The notes under the pieces were generated by a model. It saw only the letters and a list, made by a program, of their open reading frames with translations, was not told where the DNA came from and searched no databases. From contig BFEA01000036.1 of the NCBI GenBank assembly GCA_003427395.1, positions 4,123,214 through 4,187,213 on the forward strand: DNA of 64,000 nt, read 5' to 3'. Positions 33,250 through 46,030 of this stretch are shown one piece after another. Source of the stretch: Chara braunii. Its lineage: Eukaryota; Plantae; Charophyceae. The position numbers and the translations under genes were made by a program. The first letter of the stretch is position 1. Each line of letters opens with the position of its first letter.

Positions 33250-36200
33250 GAAATGGCCTGGCCGGACCTCGTGTGCGTGCAAGAAACACACCTTACACAC
33301 TCGCCGGAACACACTGCAAAGGCGAAGTGGGTGTGGCCCTATACATCCTTCTCAGCTCCGGCAATATCGGGAGTCTCAACCGGAGTGGCCATCTGGTTTC
33401 CCCCCTCATCCCGATTGAAACCCGTCGCCCACGAGTTCGACCAACAAGAAGGGCGTTGGGTATATGTGAAGGCAATGGTAGGGGAAGAAGACATTGGCAT
33501 TGTCAGTATATATGGGCCAAACGACCCTCTCGACAGGGTACACTTTCTCCACCGCTTCAGCCGGGAGCTGCCTACTGACATACCCCTGGTGGTGGCCGGA
33601 GATCTCAACATAACTCCGGACCCCCTGGTGGACAGACGCTCTTCAGCCACAACCCAAAGTCAAGAGCGGGCCCGTGATCGCTGGGCCCCGGACGTGGACA
33701 CGTTGGCTCAACTCATGGCTGATCTGCACTTAAAGGACGCCTACAGAACGCTGCACCCGACCAAACGAGCATACACCTGTGTGAGATCCAGAGGCGCGGC
33801 TGGCACGTCCAACTCCCGAATAGATCTGTTTTTGATCTCTGAAGAACTGCTTGGCGCTCTAACAGTAGCGGACATTATGCCTTTCAGCACCTGCAGATCC
33901 TTTGACCACCGCGGGATAGTTATGGGCTTGACCTTTCACTGCCCTATAGAAAAAGGCCCCAGTTTTTACAAATTCAATTCCTCGCTCCTCAAACTCCCCG
34001 CCCTCAAGACCTTGATCAAGGAATTCTGGGAGTATTAGGAAACGACACAACAACAAACACCCTCAACGGTGCACTGGTTCAATGACGGCATAGCACAATT
34101 GAGGGAGAGAGTTAAAAAATTCTCCATCAATTATGCACGGCAGCGTAAAGCCATTCTAGACAGCCTGCTAAATGAGCTGGAGAATTGGGACACTAAGCTA
34201 CAGACGGACCCCCTCGACGACATGACCTTTCACAGGCTACAGGCCGCTAGGGAACAACTGCAGTCCCATCTAGACACGCAGGCTGAGGCGTGGCGCATTC
34301 AGGCTCGAGTGCAACGACAAGACACAGACGGCACAATGGCCAAAACTTTCCTTAGAAAAGTCAAGGCTAGAGCGAGGCAAGCAACTATCTCCTCACTGCG
34401 TCACCCTTTCGACAGCTCTAGGCCGGATGCGACCAATGCTTATGCTATAGCCGACTACGCGGCCCAGTTCTACCAAAACCTGTATACCTCTGAATCTGGT
34501 CAATGGGGTGAGCAGCGCGTGACCCTTGCTCGGCAAACAATGCTCCAGCATCTCCCAGCAATATTATCATCGGATCAAAAGGAATTGCTGGAGGAGCCGC
34601 TAACCACAGACGAGTTGTTGGAGGCCCTTAGAGGCATGGACGATGAGAAGACCCCGGGTCTGGACTCTTTCCCGAAGGAATTCTGGATTCAGTACTGGGA
34701 CATCTTCCAAAAAAGCATACTCAGATATGTGCAGGCGGTGTAGCATGATGGGTCATTCGGGGTCCTGATCAGTCAAGGGGTTACTACTCTGCTCTACAAG
34801 AAAGGGGATAAAACTGACATTAGGAACTATCGGTCAATCACGCTCCTCCCCCTCCCCTATAAAATGGTCTCAAAAGCACTAACAAACCACCTGCTCCCAC
34901 ACATGAACCACCTCATCTTCCAAGACCAGACTGGCTTTATGCCACAAAGAAATATCCAGGATAACGTGCTCCTAGTCAATGAAACCATAAAATATGCTCG
35001 TCAGCATCGAAAGGAGGCTGCAGTCTTGTTTATAGACTTCGAGAAGGCATATGATCACGTGGACTGGGACTTCCTGGACAGTTGCCTCGAGAAAATGAAT
35101 TTTGGAATGGACTTCAGGACTTGGGTTGCCATAATGCATAGATCTGCTGCCACAAACATCCTGGTCAATGGCCATTTGTCTCCCCCATTTGCGCTCCAGC
35201 GGTCGGTCCGCCAAGGGGACCCCGTGGCCCCCCTCCTCTTTGTGTTGGTAATGGAGGCATTGGTTGCAATGATAAGGGCCAACCCTGCGATATAACGCAT
35301 TGATATCCCAGAAATTCCCCCCCATATGATCCCGGTCACATCTCTATTTGCGGATGATCTTACAGTCCTCATAAAAGCCACGGCAACCTCTCTCAAAGCA
35401 CTCACAGAAACCATCCAGTTATTTGAAGTGGCTGCCGACATGAGGGTCAACTGGGGAACCAAGACAGAAGGGTGGTGGTTATCCCCGCAAGACTCTCATC
35501 CGCCACAACAGCCCCCGGTCAGCTGGAGACCCAAAGAAGAGGCCATCAAAATCCTAGGGGTCCGCTTGACAGCCCTCGGTCCCCCAATGGACCATGGACA
35601 GGTCCTGGTCCAAACAGCGCTCCAGAAATTGGCCAAATGGGATGGACTACACACATCACTAGTGGGGAGAGCGTTGGCAATCAATAATGTCATACTAGCT
35701 ACGGTGTGGTACAAAACAGCATTTTGGGAGATCCCCAAAAACCAGCTCAGACATCTGCGCTCAGCACTATCTGCCTATTTATGGAGAAACGACCATAAAC
35801 TGACCACCTGTCTAAAACGGGTGGCGTGGAAGTAAGTGGCTCAACCAAAAAAGGTGGGGGGTCTAGGCATTTTAGATCCGAGGGACGAGATCCAGGCCCT
35901 TATGTTCAAAGTAATCATCCGGCTTCTGCTTGCAAATGATGTCCCCTGGCTGCCGCTGGCGTATATACAACTGGCAAATTTAGCCCCCCCCTCTCACCCA
36001 GACGCCCCGGTCCACCCTCTTACATGGCTAACGAATGGGACTTGGACAGTACCGGGCCCTCCGCGACAGAGGCGGGATGAAACGGCCCGCAACAATGTTA
36101 GGTGGGATCTGAAAAACGACCCACTATGGACCAAAATGATCCTCCTATAGAGACAAATGGGGCCAACCAAAAAGCCCCCTCCACTGAGATGGCAGAAGGT

Positions 36201-37674
36201 ATGGAGACAGTCGGTATTCGGGAACCCCGACATCTGTGATGGAGATGGGAGACCCTTCTCCCTAGCAGCCAATTCTCAATGGCTAACATGGGTGAAGAAT
36301 GGTATTTACACGGTGGGAGACCTTTGGGATAGCAACAGGGGTGACTGAAAAACGGCTGAACAGCTGCGACCATCGCTAGCACACATTAAGAAACAACAGG
36401 ACAAGTTGGACCAAATCCATAAGGCGATCCCGCCCACGTGGGTGATCGCCCTGCAAAACGGCCCCTCAATTTGCAATCTGGACTGGGTCATACACAGCGA
36501 CAGTAATTCCATACCGATGACCATCTTTAGGGTCGGTCAAGGTATTGGTCAAGTGGCGCATGTGCAAGCTTACGCACCAGACATGCCGGGGGCGCGGTGG
36601 GCGCTGCTCAAAAGGGATAGTGATCAGGACTGCATACTCCCGATTGAAGAATTGACGAGGGTGAGGGTGGTGGGCTCGGACGATCTGGGGTACTCTGCCT
36701 ATGAAATGGCCACACCAGTGTGTGCACTCCCATTCGACCCGGATGAATGGGAATGGAAAGGGAGAGATCCTACTCCAATATGGCAGTATTCCGTAAGACA
36801 AGGTTATAAACAAGCACACACATTGCACAACTCTACACCGGTGGTCCAAAATCGGTGGCGAAGGGACTCGCCAGTGCTTGGAAAAAACCTTCATCATATC
36901 CATTGGGCCACCTATGCACACATCATGCCGACATCCCACCGGGCAATGTAATGGCAGATCATACACCGATGTCTTCCGACACTGGCGTGGGTAACTTCAA
37001 GGTCCAACGTGGAGCAAGCAGGCCTCCTGTCCCCTATCTGCTCCCACTGTGGCCCGAATACACAACGCAAGTGCGCAGATTTGGAGCACTGCCTACTGGC
37101 ATGCCCGATGACGGTCCTCATGTGGCAATGGTGGGACGCTATGTGGCACGATATAACTGGATCGACCTTCCAATGGAACATTGCGCTTATCCTCCTGGGC
37201 AAAGCTACAGATTATCCGATCGGGTGGTCACCATTTCAAGCAAACCTCTTCAAGTATATGAGGCTTGCTCTCCTTATGGTAATATGGAGAATGAGGTGCT
37301 CAGCTGAAAGGCAAGAGGCTGCCTTTGGATTCCACCACGCCAAAGCCGAACTCGCGGAGGTCATCCGGGCGAACATACTGAAAGCCAGCAAAAAACTTGC
37401 AGAGACTATGGCAACGACTCCGGACCAGGTCGCCAGGCAAAAATTATGAGAGTCCTTTGTGGAAACCTGGATTGACCCGCATCAAAAGCTGGTGGGGGTA
37501 CAAGAAAATTGACAAATATTGTGGAAAAACTGGATGGCGCAGGACCACTGTTGGACTTACGGACCACCAGAATGCTTCCCCAAGCCACTGCTAGGTCGGA
37601 CTGTAGGCGCAATGACAGAAGCGAACCTGAGCACCGGGAGTCAAGATCACATCCCGCACGCTGTGACCCCCTAG
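33250..37674 (+). pseudogene. L1/Tx1-type LINE ORF2 (APE endonuclease, RT, zinc finger) with nonsense mutations
   Basis: VCVQETH, AGDLN, SRIDLF, FDH; KTPGLD, IDFEKAYD, VRQGDP, LFADD; CSHC...HCLLACP. All ORF pieces are in one frame. Confidence 0.95.
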
Positions 37675-37734
37675 CCGACAACATAGATAAAAGTTGAGGA
37701 TAAACCAGAGCCTGAAATAGACTGAGAAAATCAG

Positions 37735-38850
37735 CGGTGCTGGAAAACGGGTCGGACTCCAGCATCCCATGCCATAGACTTGAGAAACCTAACCGTGTTG
37801 GGAACCGGGACCAGTGTCCTATGCCTTGGACAAGCAGAAACAAAAAACAGGGGTCTATCTCTCCATCCGTCATGTTGAATACCAGATCCTCCTCTGAAAG
37901 CTAGCGGCCCCTATTCACCTTTTCAACCCTTAACCTGGTCTGGATACTAGAAGGAGCCATTGGGGGGCACCAGTGGGACCTCCTTCCGTCTCCCTGCCCG
38001 CTCCCAAAAAACTCTCCTATCCTCTAGTATGCTGTTTTCATGCTATCCTCATGCAAGATATTACACGAAACGTCTCGTGCTGAGACCCTGGCTCAGCGTC
38101 CCTTATGCACAACTGCCTTGCGAGTAGTTTGAAAGTACAGACATTCCATCACCAGTTTGAGGGAGAAGACAATGAAACATGAAGCACAAGAACCACTCAA
38201 TAGACTAATTATTTGATAAACATGTTTGAGCAACTGTCCAATCCAGTGGGTCCAAGGTGTGGCTACATACGAGTCCCCACACTGGCTTCCCCACAGTTCA
38301 CCATTAGGTGACGCCCCTGAGCAGAGTATGTGTTCAGAGAAGGCTCTCTTTTTTTTTTTTTTTTTTTGGACAGGGGTACCGCGTCTGCTCTTTTGGGGGA
38401 ACAGGAAATTCACGCTCTAATTTCCAGGGCCAATGGGTGTGGTGGGAAGGGATCCGGGAAGTCCTCTGCCGGTCTCAGGGGGCATTCTGGACCAATCTTC
38501 GTCCAATTTTTTAACATGAGGCGGTAGTCCGGGGGGAGTCCCTTTCCACCCCGTCTTCAAGAGCCCCTCCTCTCTAGCCCACCCGCTGACCATCACAACT
38601 CTGCCGCCCGTGCCCCTCGTTCTCCACCCAACCATTCTTTTGAAAATCTTGCAATCCATTCCCTAATGTCCTTCTTTTTGTGGAGGGAGTCCAGAACCCG
38701 TTTGGTCTCCCCCCACTGTCGTGGTAGTTCCAATTGGAAATGTTGCTTGAATTGAACAAGAGTGCCCACTTGCGAAGATCATCTCCAAATTTGCTCTTCT
38801 TTTTGTCGAGACTAATCCCCCACTGCAGTAGGTTCTTGGCCACTAATCCG
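37735..38850 (-). mobile_element. LINE family A-like 3' UTR and ORF2 C-terminus
   Basis: gctggaaaacgggtc..ccagcatcccat tail motif; minus strand encodes EDFPDPFPPHPLALE near 38420-38465. Degenerate ORF2 may continue to ~40860 (ESDH endonuclease-like motif near 40750). Confidence 0.7.
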
Positions 38851-38852
38851 TC

Positions 38853-38960
38853 GGGCCAAGGTCCCACTTGCATCACGGAGTAAGACATATATACGGTCGT
38901 CTATCTGCGTTATGTATGGCTAGGATCCCTTATTGATCCCTGCAAATGGGACGTTGCCCC
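38853..38960. mobile_element. Hairpin MITE (GGG..AAGGTCCCACTTGC ends)
   Basis: gggccaaggtcccacttgca / tgcaaatgggacgttgccc; same ends as 57059-57157. Confidence 0.7.
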
Positions 38961-40868
38961 TGACAGCCTACAACATAAATAGTACGTGTGATAAATTGAG
39001 AAGCGGTTTGTTTGATGCGTTGACAACAACTAAAAAAACAACAGTATTCCCTCCCTTACAGTAAAGGTGATGCTGGAGAGTCCGTATTGGCTTCTGAAGA
39101 GGAACTCCATCTCCAACAGCAGCCTAAGGCCTAAACACCCCCTCCTATACGGTAAAGGTGGTGCTTGGCAGCGACGTGGGGAGTTTCAATGGGCCCGCCG
39201 TTGTGGGCCCACTGTCCCAGGTAAATAGTACAGAATGTGATGAGATTCACCATGATATTTGAGAGGGAGGAGATATGTCAGACATATATCGGCCTGCCAT
39301 GTCCCATGAAAGGGTGAGAACGATCGGAGGGGCCTGGGACCCAGGACTGGTCTAAAACGAAAGTATCCGGGACCCATAATTGCTTGTTGATACGTCCCAT
39401 GCCAGGTGTCAACGAGTCTGCAATGGACCCTCGGCTGGTTATTGTCAGTGGGAAACAACCAATGGAAAACATTTGGGCCCAGGCCTAGAGATCTGTCCCA
39501 TAGGGGTTCTTGTTGGGTCAGTTGCCAATTATGGCCCTAAGTGGGTCTAGGGGACACTGAGACAAGGGCCAGTTCAGTGGATGAGGAAATCGGGAATCTG
39601 GGGAACACATTGGTCCCATGCATTTGTCTTTTCTATTTTTTGGGAATGTCCCAGGGATTGTGTATCCACAGGCCTGAACCATTTTTTTTGTTTAAAATTC
39701 TTAAAAGAATGGTAAACAAGAAAGGCAAAGATTAGGGCCACATTTTCCTCAATCCTGGAAATTTTAATGTCAACGAATGAGACTGTTTGTAGGGGAACAA
39801 AAAGGAGAAAAGAGGAAAAAGGGGCCTGATTTTCCACACCGACTACAATTGATTGATTCTCTTCGGTGTGGGAATTGTGAGACTTATATATTGTCAGATC
39901 CCGCAATGATGCGCATGTGGGGAAGACAGGAGGAGAAGGAAGAGGGGGAGGGGAGGGGNNNNNNNNNNNNNNNNNNNNNNNNNNNNNNNNNNNNNNNNNN
40001 NNNNNNNNNNNNNNNNNNNNNNNNNNNNNNNNNNNNNNNNNNNNNNNNNNNNNNNNNNNNNNNNNNNNNNNNNNNNNNNNNNNNNNNNNNNNNNNNNNNN
40101 NNNNNNNNNNNNNNNNNNNNNNNNNNNNACAGCAATGAACAGCGCAGCAGTAAATTGGCACATGACAAGGTGCCATCATGATGCCCCTGTAGGGAGGACT
40201 AGTAGGGATCCTTATCCCTCCTCGCCTGTCTGGCATTGTCAGTGGTTGGTTTACCTTTTACGCAATATCATTCATTATTGATTGACATCATCTATCATCC
40301 GTTCCCGTCCTGTCTGGCTTCGTTCACACCGTGTAACAGCCATTCCTTCTTTCTGACTGCCACCATTCGAAGGTTTCTATAAAACTTCAAGCGGTGGTCC
40401 CTCTGTGCCGCCCTCTGTGCCCCTCTCGATGCCCTCCAACACCCTCCATGCCTCCCTCTTTGCGGACTGTCGTACACTCCAGAATGGTCCCTCAAAGATC
40501 CTGACCCTCACATTCAAGTTGCCCCCCTCGACGGCATTGTTGCTCTCGGGAGCCCCCTCTGGTGCTATTGTCAGGCTAATGAAGCATGAACTTGATCATG
40601 ATTTTGCACTTCGGTTCATGTATCATGAACACTAACCTAACACCAGTGGAACCTGCCAGTCTACCATAGTAGCCAAGCAGAGGATAGCCCACCAGAGGAC
40701 TTAGCACACACGAGGCTGCGGGGACGACTGAAGCAGTCCAATGGTCGGATTCTACCGAATGCATCCGACTCCTCTCTACCTTCTTCCTCCCAGCACAAAA
40801 CCTTGTGATCCTGAATGTATACCAGCCCTGTTCTAGTCCAAAGTTTAACACAGTTGTCCTACTGGTGC

Positions 40869-41464
40869 TTTTTTTTTTTTTTTTTGGGGACAAATGCTCC
40901 CGGACCAGTCTATTCGTGGGAGCAACACGTGCTGGGAATGGGGCCCAGCGTCCCATATAAAATGATACAAATGATTCGACATACCAGGGCCATTACCTGG
41001 CTTCGGCTAAAAAACAATCTTGAGAATTTGAGCTAAGAACAATCTGAGAACCACGACAAGAGTTCAGGAGAACTTTAAGAAAACCTTAGATAACTACCGG
41101 TTTCGACTAAGAACAATCTAAGAATTTCAGCTAAGAACAATATGAGAACTACGAAAGAAATTCAGAAGAATTCCGAAGAATTTTTAAGAAAACCATGGAT
41201 AACTGCTGATCTACGGACCTAATGCTAAGTTACTCAAGCCGCAGTTACTAAGTCTTTTTGTTTTTTGAAAATATCTGGAAAGGCATGGAAAACTATATGA
41301 GCGGGGGGTCCAAACTGAAACATCCTACTATCCAAAATTCCCCCCTCAACAGACGGAAAGTCTGTCCAGGCTTTCAGTCCTCGTACCAGTACTCACTTCA
41401 TCTCACACCCCCTTCATGCTAGGGTAACAGGGCACGTCCTGCTGGTGCATTGTGTTCCTAGGAA
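40869..41464 (-). mobile_element. LINE family A-like 3' tail/UTR interrupted by the full-length LINE
   Basis: Poly(T), tctattcgtgggagcaacacgtgctgggaa..ccagcgtcccat; internal ~100-bp tandem duplication at 41005-41200. Confidence 0.65.
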
Positions 41465-41473
41465 GACTGTTCT

Positions 41474-41546
<73 letters not shown>

Positions 41547-41760
41547 CCTTTTTCTTTTTTAATCAATTCTTCATTAATAGTCCACTGAATACGAGGCCGG
41601 GGACCTCACAATTCAACCCGGAGTTATCCTGGCAGCATCAGCCGGTTTCGCTTATGGCCCTAAGGCTGCGGTGCCACCAAGGGAACCGAAAAAAGAAAAG
41701 ACAGTATTACAGTCACTACCTCAGTAGCACCCAGAGTTAACCAAAGCCTAAGACTAGACT

Positions 41761-44700
41761 TTATTCCTTCATAAGCCAAGACGGGAATTCAAGAGCACCA
41801 GAAGGGCTAAAAGCGACCATTCGTGCCCCTATAGTCCAGGTCCTGAAGAACCAGCACATTGCTTTAAATCCTTGCCTGTACTTCGTCTTCCTGCTCCAGT
41901 CTGCAACAATTGTGTGTTTTATATCTCTCTTCACTTTTCCAATGATGTCCTTCTGTGAAAGATGGCAGTCCCGAAAAACCTGGTCGTTTCGATCCCTCCA
42001 CAGTGCTTCAAAAATGATCCCCCTGATAACCTGCGCCACATAACCCCACCCAGGTTAGGGCTGATATGAGGTGGGAGCAGACCCGATAGGATCCACTTTT
42101 CATCCCATGGGAAAATGTCCTTAGTGATTTCTTTCCAATGCTGCTCCCACCATTTCCAAACTCTGCGCGAAAGTGGACACGAGAACCAGAGGTGATTCGT
42201 AGACTCTCACGCCCAGTTACACCGTGCGCATGTAGTACTGATATCCATGCCTTTGACACTCAGCCACACCGCTGAGGCTGTAACCAACAGAGATTGCAAC
42301 AACAAAATACTAGCTTGTTTTTGAGACGGCAAACTCTTAAGCTGATGCCAATGTGCGCACAAGTCTTTCTCCACTATTGTACCCAATTGTTGCTCTTCCC
42401 GTCTTCGTATCACGATGTCCACAAGTTTCTGCTTGATTTTCTGCTGCTGCAGTGCGACCCCTCTTCTGGACGAGTAGTCCTTTAAACTAATCATTTTCTG
42501 AGTTCCAACTTCCAACCAGCCTATGAGTCCAGGATGAAACAATATTTTCGCCACAGTCCTACCCCCAACCAAAAGTTTGGCTTGTGAGTTCGGTACTCCT
42601 GTTGTCACTTCCACGTTAGCCAGTGGCGGACCTCTGCCCCCTTCCTTACGCAAACTTGTTTCTTCTACAATAACTTGGCCCAATCCTTTTGTCGAGCTCA
42701 CCCACTTTGCCCCCTTGAAGCAGAGCATTCTCGTATAAGGGGTCTGAACTGAGGCTGTTCATTCTTCTACCTTACATTCATCGTCCTTCGTCTCCTCAAT
42801 CACTTTCCAGGAAGCGGGAGTGTCACTATTGTTACAAGACTTGAGCCAAATGTTGCTGTTTCGATGGGACCTCAAAATATTAGTCCAGGCTATTGGTACT
42901 GCATTCTGAATATCATCTAAACGTTCCTCCACTAATCTCAAGCATCGTAATTGAGTTCTCACCGACAACTCAGTACGCCAATCCCATAGTTCACTATCCC
43001 ACAAATCCCCCATTCTGACCACACCTCGTTCTATCCAAGCTTTGCCAAAATTTTTAGGACTATCATTGGTTGAAAAGGGAGTTCCATCAGGACTACATGC
43101 TAGAGGGGTCTCAAAGATTGGCTGCATCAGGACTTCCTCCCACGAGGACGGCTGAACACGATAGGTAGATAAGACCTTAGACCACGCATACAGGATTCCT
43201 CTCCAAAAGCACGATTTGGGCCTTTTACCGCAATAGGACTGTACATATAAAAAGCTTCATACATCAGATGGATTTCTCAAATTCCACTCCTCAGATAGGA
43301 TATACTCTGCCAGCCAGATCCAGGCATGTTTGTTTTCTGCCAAAATTGCTTTAATATGTCATTTGGCTAGTAGAGCAACATTCTGACGCTTGGGATCCGG
43401 AATACCAAACCCACTTTGTTCCCTGGGGAATGTGATACAGTCCCATGCTACTTTAGAAAGGAAACCTTATCCCTCGCCCGCCTCTGGTTTCCATAGGAAT
43501 CTTGCAGCAGTCTTTTTTATCTGTTTGTACGCTTGTGAACCAAGTAAGTGTAGTTGCAGTGGGTACCATAGTAAGGAAAAGGCTGAAGCCGAAATCATCG
43601 TAGCCCGACCCAACAGAGATAAGTGTCTTGTGCTGTCCCATTTAAGAATTCTCTGACATACCTTTTCTTCCAGCAACTGATCTTGGAGTGTCGAATTGTC
43701 TGATAGAGATATCTGAATTCCCAGATATCGGTGTGAGGCTTCAGTTTCTATTCGTCTCATGCCCCAGTCCACTTGGATTTGGAATTGAACAGGCAAAGGT
43801 ATACAAACTTATTCAAATTTATAGAGGCCTCGGACAAACTAGCATACTCATCTAACACTTTCCGTACTACACACAGGGTTCGTCTTTTATTAAGGCACGC
43901 TATCATTAGGTCATCCGCCAGTGCACCCTCTTTCCACTGATATTCATTGTGCAGTTCCAAGCCTGTGATTGAATTATTTTTTCTAATGTTATCCAACAAT
44001 ATGTCAAGGTGTAGCACAAAGAGGAGGGGAGCCAGAGGGCACCGATGTCGTAAGGAGATAGACAAGTTAAACTCTTCCGACAGTTGATTGTTGACTGAGA
44101 CCATTGTAGTTAAGGTAGAATACATAATTGATATCCATCTGCAGAAGTTTGGCCCGAATCCCATGTGTCTTAGTGTGGTTCCTACAAAAGTCCAACCGAC
44201 TTTGTCGTAGGCTTTTTCCATATCGATCAATAAAATAGCTACGTCCCTCTCTTCTCTAGCAATGATTTCCAGGGCTTGAATTGTGGCCGCAATATTATCC
44301 ATTATGGATCTGTGTTTTACAAAGGCACCTTAATCTGAGTCAACCAGGACTGGAAGATGAGGGGCAAGACATAGCGTCAAGGCTTTGGCTAGGATTTTGT
44401 ACGAAACATTAAGTAATGAGATCGGCCACCAGTTCCTAATGTCTAACTTGCTCCCTTTCTTGTATAATAGGGTGATGATTCCTTGTTGCATGCCTTTAGA
44501 AAGTGTACCACCTGTTAATACCCCATTGTAAATTTCAACAAGCACTGGACCTAGAGACTCCCTCAGGACAATGTAAGCTTCCACCGACAACCCATCGGAA
44601 CCAGGGCGCTTGCCGTGTGCATTTGTTCTACTGCTTGTTTAATTTCTTCTATCGTGAAGGGTCGATCCAGGTTCAGTTTTCCAACTAGGGGAAGACGTAC

Positions 44701-46030
44701 CATTGAGACATCCCAAAAGGTAGAGGTTTCTCTTAGGTTTGTAGAGAACGAGTCTGAGGGTCTTCTTGTAGTCAAGATGTCCTGAAAGTATAGCTGTGCA
44801 TACTCAGACATCCCCTTCGGGTCTGACCTTGTGGGAGCAGAGTTTGTGAAAGGATGAGTTAATTCCCTGATCATCGGTTTCGTTCTCTGCAGCAATAACC
44901 TCCGGAACGTTTCCTTATTCATTCTATCATAAACAATAATTCTTTTTTGGTGAAGCCACTCTCTCCATTTCTCCTGTTGGGCTATTTCTAAATTATCTAA
45001 TTCGGTAAGAGTTTTCTTCCTAACTGTTGTCCAGTAGACATCGGAAACCTGATGTCTCCAAAAGTTATTTTCTGCTTCTTTGACCCTGTTTTTCCATTTC
45101 TGTTCAATTACATTCCCTTCTATAGCCTTAATCCTGAAAAACGCCTCAAAATAATTCTTCATTATGTTCATCCCTGTATCAAACCAGGATTCCGTATCTG
45201 AGAACAGACCCCGTGCCTTCTGCCACTTGACCCAGTGTTTTTTTGCCCAGTTAAGCATGTTGTTGTCTTTCAAATGTTTTGTGTTAAGACGAAACAGAGC
45301 TTTAGCAGTGTTGGAGGAATCCCCAACGTCAAATTCTGCAGTAACTGGGCAGTGGTCCGATACTGAAGAAAAGTCCAATTCAACCTTCATGCATCTGTCA
45401 CAAAGTGTCCCCCTAGAAAGGAAGAAGTCAAACCTCCTTCTTATTGGGGGGGATTGAGAACCATACCAAGTGTATTCTTTTGAGTCTGGATGCATAATAC
45501 AGTAGACATTTGTTAGCTGTTGAGCTTCCATAAGTGCTAGTAGTAAGCAATCATCCGCTCGTACCGGCTCTGCAGTCGGCAAGTTGAGGCCGGGGTTCAG
45601 AACTGTATTCCAGTCAGCTGCAATGAGTAGGTTAGGACTATCTGGGAGGATAGCAGGTAGCTCTAAGAGAAATTTAAGCCTATCGTTATAAATAGCAGGA
45701 ACGTATACTGACATAACAGTCCAAACTTCTTTTAGAATTTCGAACTGTACCTAGACCCAGCGACCCCATAGGTCCGCCATCCAATCTACGATATTGACGT
45801 CCAAGTCCTTGTGAAATAGGATCCCAACCGCACCCCTTGTTCCACGTGTCGGTGACCAGTACTGTGGCCCAGACCACCAGTTCCTGATTCCAACAATTCG
45901 TTCCTCATTAAGTTTAGATTCTTGGATGCACATTATTTGTGTCTGTTCTTTATGCATCCATGTCTTCAGTCGATTTTTTTTCCATCTTCTTCCTGTATCG
46001 CAGAGTCCACACACATTCCAAGTAGTGATT
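41761..46030 (-). pseudogene. LINE ORF2 (APE, RT, zinc finger), disrupted
   Basis: CIQESKL, AADWN, YTWY, SDHCPV; NWWPISLLNVSYKILAK, IDMEKAYD, LADDL; CARC; stops and frameshifts present. Confidence 0.93.

Noticed and set aside
33250-37674. Stop-codon reassignment explaining the in-frame stops
   Set aside because: All three stop types occur, at positions explained by single transitions; decay is simpler.
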